The notes: a model not told the origin generated them from the letters alone. Counted from the first letter of the stretch, positions 1 through 7,224 are shown. The stretch is 21,872 nt of DNA from an uncultured virus (IMG/VR IMGVR_UViG_3300031993_000020) (IMGVR_UViG_3300031993_000020), one strand, 5' to 3'. Numbers and translations are program-made.

Positions 1-18
1 GGTATAAGGAGATTTATT

Positions 19-516
19 ATGAAAAAGGTATTCACAACTGAATGGAAACTGGTACAAGCGAGTTCTGGAAAGAAACGGAACGAACAGCTCTTTGACCTGG
101 ATTTTCATCCTGTCCACACAGATGAAGCTGATTTTGGTTTGTCTGTCGGAGGACTCAAGAGTGACGTAATTCCGAAAGTTGGCAAAAACTACACGCTGAC
201 TCTTTATGAGGCAGAAGGTTATGATGGTGTCTGGTTCACTGTAACATCAGTTGCTATCGCTGATGATGGCGAAAAAACTCGCTTGGATGTAACACTTCTG
301 CAACAGAATGATGACTACTATACAGAAGTTGTCTTTAATTGCTTTACGGATAAGTTTTACACTAACCTGCACGACCGTTTCTATCTGATTTTGGAAGAGG
401 TTGACGATAACGCGCGGCTGATTGATCAGCTGCCGAATATTCTTAAAGAAGATCCTCGGACAGAGATTGAAGTAACCACTGACATCCGGAAAAGTTTTAT
501 TCGACCGCTTCCTTAG
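19..516 (+). CDS. hypothetical phage protein (165 aa)
   Basis: ORF with a strong RBS (AAGGAG at 6-11) 7 nt before the ATG; no motif recognised. Confidence 0.8.
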   Translation: MKKVFTTEWKLVQASSGKKRNEQLFDLDFHPVHTDEADFGLSVGGLKSDVIPKVGKNYTLTLYEAEGYDGVWFTVTSVAIADDGEKTRLDVTLLQQNDDYYTEVVFNCFTDKFYTNLHDRFYLILEEVDDNARLIDQLPNILKEDPRTEIEVTTDIRKSFIRPLP

Positions 517-534
517 TGCTTGAATATACAAGAA

Positions 535-650
535 TTTTGCAGAACGTTTTGAAGTACAGCTAACTACTTTACTCTTTGCTTTTGATGTGCTCATATTTTT
601 TCTCCCTTCTGCTTCCGCCGTCGTGAGATGCCGGAGAACGTTCTGTAGAA
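535..650 (+). ncRNA. putative structured small RNA, copy 1 of a shared scaffold
   Basis: 535-549 pairs with 636-650 (15 bp, G-U wobbles only on the + strand). Internal hairpin TCCG-C-CGTC-[GTGA]-GATG-C-CGGA (614-635) has a GNRA loop. Followed by a terminator. Homologous scaffold at 3503-3657. Confidence 0.6.
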
Positions 651-654
651 GTGT

Positions 655-701
655 GCTGACCTCTCTTGTGTACTTCGGAGGGGTCAGTTTTCTTTTTTTT
701 T
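655..701 (+). terminator. rho-independent terminator
   Basis: CTGACCTCTC (656-665) pairs with GAGGGGTCAG (678-687), followed by TTTTCTTTTTTTTT. Confidence 0.8.
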
Positions 702-718
702 CTCTTCTCGAGGCTTTT

Positions 719-1846
719 ATGAAGATCAATAAAAATACTATTAGAGATGGTTATATATGTAGTTATTGGGACATAAGTCAAGCAGAGCCCCGATCTATCT
801 GTTATCTTTCTGAAGATCCTTTATTCAAGGACCTTTATCAGATAGGAGGCGATGCATACAAAGAGCTTGCGATTCGTCGGTGGCTAGCCTCACATAATCT
901 TGACCCGTCATTTAATTCTCCTGATCGCGCAAAAGTCGATATGAAATGGGTCAAGGAACAGAGAACATTATATAAGACAATCATTCTTTCTGGTATTTAC
1001 GGCAGAAGTATTAAGGCACTATCTGAATCTGCCGGTGTTTCTTATGAAGTCGGTAAAGAGATTTGGGAAGGGTTCATGGGGCCGATGAAAAAGGTCACAG
1101 AATTCCGCGATAATAACATTGCCTACGCCGAAAAGAATGGTTACATTAATACAATTCTAGGGGAAAGAATCCCCTGTGATATGGATAATATCTATACGAC
1201 AGCTAACAATTGGGCTGTTCAGGGATTTACCGCAGTTATCTTAGCTACATTCTTTTATAATTGTATTGAAAAAGCATTAAGTATGGGAATCGACGTTACT
1301 TCGTACATGATTATTCACGATTCTCAGACTATTTCATTTCCCATCAAGGATTTATTCTTGATGGATTTGATCTGTAGAAAATATTTCCGCGAAGCCTGTA
1401 AACAGTATTTTAAGCCGGATTACAAATTCGATTGGGATCTGATGTTTGATTTAATGAAACATATTCCCTATCAATTTGATTTAAATTCCAGCACCGCTAC
1501 GTTTACTCTCTGGTCAGAAAAAGTAGATTATTTGTTGGATCATCTGGCAGTGAATTATAAATTCAAAGTGACCCAGAGAGATGAGTTTACAGAGCCAGAC
1601 ACGGAAGGTGCTAAGCTCTTAGTTAGCACAGGAAAGAACAAGTACCACTTAGTTATGGAAAACGAACGGTTCAGACAATTAAAACAGACAAAACTAAAAA
1701 TCCAGTTAACGGAAAAGTTAAAAAACATTGATTGGTGGGATGTTCCATTAGAGCCCACTTTTCTTGAACATATCAAGAAAATCAAATACTTAGACTTTAG
1801 TAAATTCTCTGGCGAAACTAATGTAGGTATTAGTAACGCAGTTTAA
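719..1846 (+). CDS. polA: DNA polymerase family A, C-terminal palm/fingers part only (split PolA)
   Basis: Motif A WDISQAEPR, motif B RTLYKTIILSGIYG, NGYINTILG...ANNWAVQG, motif C IIHDS. ATG at 719 is preceded by GAGG. The longer GTG start at 587 runs through the RNA and terminator and was rejected. Confidence 0.9.
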   Translation: MKINKNTIRDGYICSYWDISQAEPRSICYLSEDPLFKDLYQIGGDAYKELAIRRWLASHNLDPSFNSPDRAKVDMKWVKEQRTLYKTIILSGIYGRSIKALSESAGVSYEVGKEIWEGFMGPMKKVTEFRDNNIAYAEKNGYINTILGERIPCDMDNIYTTANNWAVQGFTAVILATFFYNCIEKALSMGIDVTSYMIIHDSQTISFPIKDLFLMDLICRKYFREACKQYFKPDYKFDWDLMFDLMKHIPYQFDLNSSTATFTLWSEKVDYLLDHLAVNYKFKVTQRDEFTEPDTEGAKLLVSTGKNKYHLVMENERFRQLKQTKLKIQLTEKLKNIDWWDVPLEPTFLEHIKKIKYLDFSKFSGETNVGISNAV

Positions 1847-1898
1847 TAAAAGTTGAATGCGTGTACTATTAGAACCAGAGTAGTTTTGGAGTTTCAAG

Positions 1899-2612
1899 AT
1901 GCCCGGTTTGCGTTTTTCATATCTATATCAGGAAGACATCGCGCAGATAATAGATGCGAAAATACCGATATGTCTTCTTAATAATAAGAACATTCTGATT
2001 TCTGGTGACGCTTCTCAACTTTTGTGCAGCTATCTATTAAGTAATCTAGTTACGCTTAAGAAATTCTACGATCTTAATATTGGTATTTATATTTGGCCTA
2101 ATACAACTGAATATTTTGGATGTGACTGTATTACCGGTATAAATAAATTGTCCGATGTTAAGAATACGGTTAGTTATATAATTGATACAGACAAGAGGCA
2201 CACAAGAGACCTTATTAATTATGCAACACGGCATAACGCCAGATTAGCTTTTATAACGGGATTGGATTCTTCCGAAGATGTTCCCAGTGGTGTTTCTCAT
2301 GTTACAGTGAGACTTGGACATTTACTGGGGATACTGCCTACTACCAAAAATTTAGTACAGACGACAATTTTAGGAATAGTAAGCGATCAAAAGATTTTAC
2401 TTCCTGATATAAGAGTCAAAACCGTATTACCAGAAGCTGCAGCTATTGGTATTCTGAAGGCGGTTTTATCTGATGAAGTAAAGGTTGAACTGATAAGCGG
2501 CACCGTAAATCCAAATAACATTTTACTGAAAACTCCGATGAATGGAGTTGAAGACTATGCATTGGAAGTGGTTAAAGTTTTAAGCCGATATAAAGAAGAA
2601 GAGAGCGATTAA
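1899..2612 (+). CDS. degenerate NAD-dependent epimerase/dehydratase-like (SDR fold) protein
   Basis: N-terminus EDIAQII...LNNKNILISGDASQLLCSYL resembles extended-SDR sugar epimerases, but the GxxGxxG motif is eroded and no YxxxK is seen at the expected position. GGAG RBS. Confidence 0.5.
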   Translation: MPGLRFSYLYQEDIAQIIDAKIPICLLNNKNILISGDASQLLCSYLLSNLVTLKKFYDLNIGIYIWPNTTEYFGCDCITGINKLSDVKNTVSYIIDTDKRHTRDLINYATRHNARLAFITGLDSSEDVPSGVSHVTVRLGHLLGILPTTKNLVQTTILGIVSDQKILLPDIRVKTVLPEAAAIGILKAVLSDEVKVELISGTVNPNNILLKTPMNGVEDYALEVVKVLSRYKEEESD

Positions 2613-2631
2613 GCTCTTAAGGAAGGGTTTT

Positions 2632-3492
2632 ATGGCAACTGAAGAACTAAAGAACTGGGAAGTAAGCAGTATCCTCGGATATTTCAAATTGGCATTAATC
2701 GCCGCGAAATCGAAGGGTGATATTGCATTTGCGCTCGTCTGTAATAAACCTGTCTATATTATGGATAGCAGGCCTTTAGAAGAAGCCTGTTCTAATCTGA
2801 TTTCTGGTGTATCAGATGACATTAAAGCGGCTGGCATCAATAGTATGACCGCTGATGAATTAAAAGGGTCGCTTATTATTAAACAGCATTTCAACAAGCT
2901 GGTGGACGACCTTTTTAAATATGCAGTAGATCAGAGTACTGTCCGTGTAGGCGTCAAGAATGCTCCGGCGGAAGAAGATGTTGAATACGATACTATCGAG
3001 CCGGGAGATCCCGTTATCGCTCTGTTTGATGTCTTACAGAATCTTGGATTAAAGCCGCAAGAGTCTCCAAAGACTCATCCAGATGAACCTCCGGTGATTG
3101 AACATTCATTTGCAGAAGAGTCAGAAGAGGTTGAGCCGGTAACCGACATCGAAGCAAGTATTAACGACGTTGATGACGATGATGTTCTAGACGGTAGCGA
3201 CGAAGAAGTAGAGGAACCCGTTGATATTGTCGAACCAGTAGAAGAACCGGAAGAAGCTGTAGAGACGGTAGAACCAATAGAACAAAGGAAACCTTTTTAT
3301 TCGGAGAGTGGTATGACTGATTTAGATACTCTTATTGAGCAGAGTGAGCTTCTCTGCCGGAATATTCGTAAGATTGCAGCGTTAAAGAAAATAGACGCTT
3401 ATGATAATATTGACGACAATCTTCTGGCTAAACTTTCAGAAGATTTAGATCGTATAAAAGAATCGATTGCAGAAATCCTTTTGGATATGTGA
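2632..3492 (+). CDS. acidic hypothetical protein with a low-complexity D/E/P/V central region
   Basis: 286 aa ORF, RBS AAGGAAGG, tract DVDDDDVLDGSDEEVEEPVDIVEPVEEPEE, helical-looking C-terminus. Confidence 0.8.
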   Translation: MATEELKNWEVSSILGYFKLALIAAKSKGDIAFALVCNKPVYIMDSRPLEEACSNLISGVSDDIKAAGINSMTADELKGSLIIKQHFNKLVDDLFKYAVDQSTVRVGVKNAPAEEDVEYDTIEPGDPVIALFDVLQNLGLKPQESPKTHPDEPPVIEHSFAEESEEVEPVTDIEASINDVDDDDVLDGSDEEVEEPVDIVEPVEEPEEAVETVEPIEQRKPFYSESGMTDLDTLIEQSELLCRNIRKIAALKKIDAYDNIDDNLLAKLSEDLDRIKESIAEILLDM

Positions 3493-3502
3493 TCGACAAA
3501 AG

Positions 3503-3657
3503 TTTTGCAACAGTGATAAGAAACGTAATCGTTCATAAAGTGCTCATGATGATTGTTCTGTTTTTGCATTAGTCCTTTCTGTATCGTGTACTCGGAAACT
3601 CCTATTTGTTATTTGTTTGGTCGGCAGTTGCGAAACTCCCGAGAAGCTGTTGCAGAA
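3503..3657 (+). ncRNA. putative structured small RNA, copy 2 of the shared scaffold
   Basis: TTTTGCAACAGT (3503-3514) pairs with GCTGTTGCAGAA (3646-3657). Hairpin TCGG-C-AGTT-[GCGA]-AACT-C-CCGA (3621-3642) is followed by a GAA linker, the same spacing as copy 1. Confidence 0.6.
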
Positions 3658-3701
3658 GACTAGACCCCTCGAAGTGCTTGACACATCTTGCTGGTTTAGC
3701 C

Positions 3702-3751
3702 TGTGATAAATTGTCCTTTATGCGCTTCTTCAATTTATCATATTTTTTCTT
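3702..3751 (+). terminator. AU-rich hairpin plus T-tract, possible terminator of RNA copy 2
   Basis: TGATAAATTG (3704-3713) and CAATTTATCA (3731-3740) form a perfect inverted repeat followed by TATTTTTTCTT. Confidence 0.4.
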
Positions 3752-3796
3752 AAAAAAATATTTGACAACAAAATTTTGGGCAGATATAGATAATCT

Positions 3797-3960
3797 TGCT
3801 CAAGTTGAGCTGTTTGTGACGGAAGTGATTTCCGTCGGGCAGATACGTCATTTGATGATAGTGCATTATCCTTCTCATGCACGACGACTGCCCTCCCTAC
3901 CGAGGAAAATGCACAACCTCGGTAGGGATTCCCCTTTTCTGCTTTTTGTTGTCACAAAAA
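3797..3960 (+). promoter_or_regulatory. highly structured RNA element (sRNA or switch-like 5' leader of the SLT gene)
   Basis: Consecutive stems: GCTCA/TGAGC; GACGGAA/TTCCGTC (3818-3836); GGGCAG..CGTC..GTGCAT/ATGCAC..GACG..CTGCCC (3837-3893); 12-bp TCCCTACCGAGG/CCTCGGTAGGGA (3894-3928) followed by a pyrimidine tract. TTGACA at 3762. Confidence 0.5.
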
Positions 3961-3970
3961 TGAGGTTTTT

Positions 3971-4604
3971 ATGTATAAAAGTTCGAAAGTAAAGGATTAT
4001 TGTTTATTACTGACCATGATATTTATCCCGCTGTTAATAGGTGTTGGATCAACTTATCTAGTAATGAAAAGTTTTTACGATAATGCACCGGCGGGAGATT
4101 TTAATGATAGAATAGCTGAGATTTCAAAAGAGAACACTTACGAGTTTCTTCCGAAAGAAATGTCAGAGTATATTTTGAAATTATGTGGAGAGCTTGGCGT
4201 AGACGGAGCATATTAATCGAAACAACAATCATTCAGTTGATTTAGGTTTGTTTCAATTAAATGATCGGTATCTGTATAGTACATTTCAAAAGAGGTATTG
4301 GAAGTTTAAAGATATTGAACTGGATCCTTTCAATTGGAAACACAATACTTACATTGCTATTCATCATATTCGTTATTTAACTAAGACACATAAAATTTGG
4401 AATGAAGTCGTTATGGCATATAATTGTGGGTCGACTTCAGTTATGAAAAACAAGGTTCCTGATTCGACTAAAGCGTATTTAGCCAGAGCCCAGAAGAATT
4501 ACGCTCTCTTGAAAAACAGAGTAAATGTTGACTTGGAAGTCCCAGAGATAATTCCAGAGAATCAGGACCGGGAAGAAGTTACCAGACTGGCGGATATTCG
4601 CTAG
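3971..4604 (+). pseudogene. membrane-anchored SLT-domain lytic transglycosylase, broken by an apparent frameshifting deletion near 4202
   Basis: Frame 1 has a TM helix then ...ILKLCGELGVD and stops at 4216. Another frame from 4203 reads TEHINRNNNHSVDLGLFQLN...DPFN...MAYNCG...TKAY (SLT motifs II/III). The helix carrying the catalytic Glu is absent. Confidence 0.75.
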
Positions 4605-4624
4605 TTTAGAAAGATTTTGATACG

Positions 4625-4936
4625 ATGCGCAAATCGGTTTATTCTCTCTACGCTGAGCAATTAAACAGCATAGACCAGGGACAAAGATGTAAAGCTCTCT
4701 GGTTGGCAGTTTTAGATCAGGCATTAGTGGATATTAGACATCCTACGGGAACGCCCACACAAAAAGGAATGCTTACGAGGCAGCTTTTTGTGTGGTCGAA
4801 AACGAAGGATTTCGATACAATCTGCATGTATGCCGGAGTTGATAAATCTGCCATGATATGTGCGCTTGAGAACGCTTACAAAGAGCGTAGAAGTGAAGGG
4901 AAGAAACACAAGAGGACGCATCGTAACTTCCTCTGA
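4625..4936 (+). CDS. conserved phage hypothetical protein
   Basis: Pattern LWLAVLDQALVD...W...DFDTICMYAGVD resembles a widespread family of small uncharacterised phage proteins (recognised by eye). Confidence 0.7.
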   Translation: MRKSVYSLYAEQLNSIDQGQRCKALWLAVLDQALVDIRHPTGTPTQKGMLTRQLFVWSKTKDFDTICMYAGVDKSAMICALENAYKERRSEGKKHKRTHRNFL

Positions 4937-4963
4937 GCAAGAGCTCAGAGGATTTAGTTCTTT
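4929..4963 (+). terminator. probable terminator hairpin overlapping the stop codon
   Basis: Perfect 10-bp stem TCCTCTGAGC-AAGA-GCTCAGAGGA followed by TTTAGTTCTTT. Confidence 0.55.
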
Positions 4964-5079
4964 GACAATTTGACCAACCAACAAAACCGAACTAAAGCAA
5001 ACGAACACAACTGGACAATTTTAAAGACAGCAGTACGCATACAAAAGAACCGTCTGACTGTCAAAAAAGGAGAACCGCC

Positions 5080-6360
5080 ATGGCAAATATAACCAATCTT
5101 GGCGACGTGTTTGAAATTGAAGATGTATCGACAGAAGCAGTAAAATTAAAGCTGAAAACTCAGGATAATTTCGAGGGAGTTGGAAGACTAACTGGCCGAG
5201 AACAGATGATCCTGATTTTTAAAGCTAATTCAGAACATGATCTGAAGTTTTATGTGTACTTGAAAGACAATTCCGTAATCTTTGCTGATTGCGATTCTAA
5301 ACTGTCAGATATACATAAATGGCAATTACCTGCTATTATCGAGTTTTTACAAGGGAATCACATTGATATTGGGCCTACAGACATATATGCAAAGCTCGGA
5401 AAAGGTTCAAAAGAGAAACAGAATAAAGTAGAATTGAAGAAATCATCAGATCGTGCATATATACAAAATAATACTTCATGGTTGCAGAATAATATAGACA
5501 GTCTGCGCTGTGAGGCACCAATAGATCCGAAGTTTGGAACATCATCACAGAAATTATTCTTCGACGTAGTAAAAACAGCATTAATTTATAAAGTTAAGGC
5601 AGGCGATGTTTTTAACTGGCGTCCTGTAGAGAATCAGACTTTCAGTATGGAAGACTGTAAATTTCATGTTGTTTACTATGTTCAGGGATTTTCTCATCCG
5701 GAGTCAATGGAGTGTTTTTATCTGATAGCTTATGAAGATAATGACAATTTGGCTCAAGCTCATGATATCTTGAGACAGTGGGAACAAATCTCTGAGGCTG
5801 ACAGACAGACGCTAAAACTTCCGAATGGAGTTTCTAGTTCTCCATACTCTGATGGTATTCCACACAAATGTTTCGCTCTTATGATCAACGAGAATAACAT
5901 TAATAAAACTTTCCATGACATTGCTTGTTCTTTTCTTGAAGACAATTTTTGCGTAGAGAAAATTTCAACTTCGAGTACGTCTTATTTGGAAAACACTCTC
6001 GGTAAGTTAAGACAAGAGACACCTACAGATGAGCCTGAGAGACTAGCTTATTCTCGTCTGGGAACTGTAGACCAAAATGAAAGAAAAAGATTCTCTGAAC
6101 TTTTGGTCTTAGTATCTCGTGTTCAGAATCGTGGACGAGTGGTGTTTGAGCCGACCGTTACTGTTCCTTATATGGACGGAGAGAACGTTGATGTTTGCAG
6201 TATTACTGTAAAAGAAGGTTCCTACGACTTAGTTCTTAATCTGAAGAATCCGATTCCTTATACTAACAGATATGATTTCTGCCTTTCAGATAAATTCTGT
6301 CCTAAAGTGGTATCGCAGCCGTTAGTTAATGCTTTGGAAAAGATGGTTGAGAACGCTTAA
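5080..6360 (+). CDS. hypothetical protein (426 aa)
   Basis: Long ORF, strong RBS AAGGAG; no motif recognised. Confidence 0.8.
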   Translation: MANITNLGDVFEIEDVSTEAVKLKLKTQDNFEGVGRLTGREQMILIFKANSEHDLKFYVYLKDNSVIFADCDSKLSDIHKWQLPAIIEFLQGNHIDIGPTDIYAKLGKGSKEKQNKVELKKSSDRAYIQNNTSWLQNNIDSLRCEAPIDPKFGTSSQKLFFDVVKTALIYKVKAGDVFNWRPVENQTFSMEDCKFHVVYYVQGFSHPESMECFYLIAYEDNDNLAQAHDILRQWEQISEADRQTLKLPNGVSSSPYSDGIPHKCFALMINENNINKTFHDIACSFLEDNFCVEKISTSSTSYLENTLGKLRQETPTDEPERLAYSRLGTVDQNERKRFSELLVLVSRVQNRGRVVFEPTVTVPYMDGENVDVCSITVKEGSYDLVLNLKNPIPYTNRYDFCLSDKFCPKVVSQPLVNALEKMVENA

Positions 6361-6414
6361 TTATTTTTAACAAAAAACGCCCACATATAAACTAGGGGCG
6401 ATGGAGAACAAACA

Positions 6415-7107
6415 ATGAGTAACTTAGATAATACTTTTGTTGATAGAACCGATGGTGAGAAATATACCTTACAGAACACTCTTGCTGATGTAGATATTAA
6501 TGAATATATGACGGAGCAGGGGTTTGTTTGTAAATTCAGTGATTTTATTGAACGTATGTCTTGGACGGCTGGCAGCTATGTTCATCTATTTGATAGATTT
6601 ATAACGACAGATGACTTTGAACTGTTCGACCGAAATTTTGAGGAGCGTCAGGAAGAAGCCGTCTGTCAAAGATACAAAGAGTTGCTAATGCAAAGTCCTC
6701 GCTATGAGAACTTTGTAGGACGCTGCTGGGGTTTTCGTTTGGAACCTTCGTATGATGATAGCCTGAGTATAGCGGAACTGCACGAACCTTCTAAAGAGGT
6801 TTTGGACGCTGTAACAGTGTATAATGAAAATACATATTGTAGTTTCTATAAGAACGTTTTCTTTTCTGTCGGGCAGCGTCAGCCGAACGGCGCTGTTAGA
6901 TGCGAAGTTCATGTAATCCTTAGTGATAACAGACTTGAACACTGTTCGATCGGAACTCTAGTCAATAATACAATTTTAACGTTAAACCTATTGGAACAGT
7001 ACCTCTGGACTGTCTTACAGCTCAGAAGTAAAATCGCTATGACTCGAGATGATCGCCGTCGTATCATTGACGAAGCGATTAAACAACAAACGACAGACGC
7101 CGCTTGA
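6415..7107 (+). CDS. hypothetical protein (230 aa)
   Basis: ORF with GGAG RBS; no motif recognised. Confidence 0.8.
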   Translation: MSNLDNTFVDRTDGEKYTLQNTLADVDINEYMTEQGFVCKFSDFIERMSWTAGSYVHLFDRFITTDDFELFDRNFEERQEEAVCQRYKELLMQSPRYENFVGRCWGFRLEPSYDDSLSIAELHEPSKEVLDAVTVYNENTYCSFYKNVFFSVGQRQPNGAVRCEVHVILSDNRLEHCSIGTLVNNTILTLNLLEQYLWTVLQLRSKIAMTRDDRRRIIDEAIKQQTTDAA

Positions 7108-7123
7108 CGTCTGCTAATGGTAT

Positions 7124-7220
7124 AAGCTCAGGTGCGCTTTTCGCTATTCTGCGAGTAATTCTTACAGCAAAATTCAAAACTTCTTCAATTGTACCGCAAG
7201 GTATTCTTCAGCCTGAGTTT
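7124..7220 (+). ncRNA. putative small RNA with paired termini and a GNRA hairpin
   Basis: AAGCTCAGG (7124-7132) pairs with CCTGAGTTT (7212-7220). GTACC-[GCAA]-GGTAT (7191-7204) lies just before the 3' arm, and a terminator follows directly. Confidence 0.4.
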
Positions 7221-7224
7221 AGAG

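Noticed and set aside
247..594. Minus-strand ORF MSTSKAKSK... with a good SD
   Set aside because: It would overlap ORF 19-516 antisense for 270 nt in an otherwise single-strand gene layout; interpreted instead as possible antisense cargo, though not formally excluded
587..718. 44-codon N-terminal extension of the PolA ORF from the GTG at 587
   Set aside because: It runs through the RNA hairpins and terminator T-tract (giving FLFFSLL), has no RBS and shows no PolA similarity; ATG 719 has GAGG
535..718. RNA element as a group I/II intron piece or retron ncRNA linked to the split polymerase
   Set aside because: No group I P7 core, no group II domain V and no reverse transcriptase in the window; the second copy is not next to a polymerase fragment
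3489..3572. 27-aa hydrophobic ORF (GTG, IDKSFATVIRNVIVHKVLMMIVLFLH) as a type I toxin; similar near-cognate mini-ORFs at 516 and 7104
   Set aside because: No convincing RBS, no similarity between the three peptides, and T-rich sequence yields hydrophobic ORFs by chance
3762..3790. Sigma70 promoter TTGACA-17-TATAGA
   Set aside because: The -35 is perfect but the -10 lacks the conserved final T; not called on its own without TSS data
3606..3992. 128-aa ORF across the structured intergenic region
   Set aside because: TTG start without an RBS, atypical composition, and it crosses many hairpins
4200..4216. Stop-codon recoding or programmed frameshift rejoining the SLT halves
   Set aside because: TAG, TGA and TAA all end ordinary genes in this window, and rejoining would still omit the catalytic Glu helix
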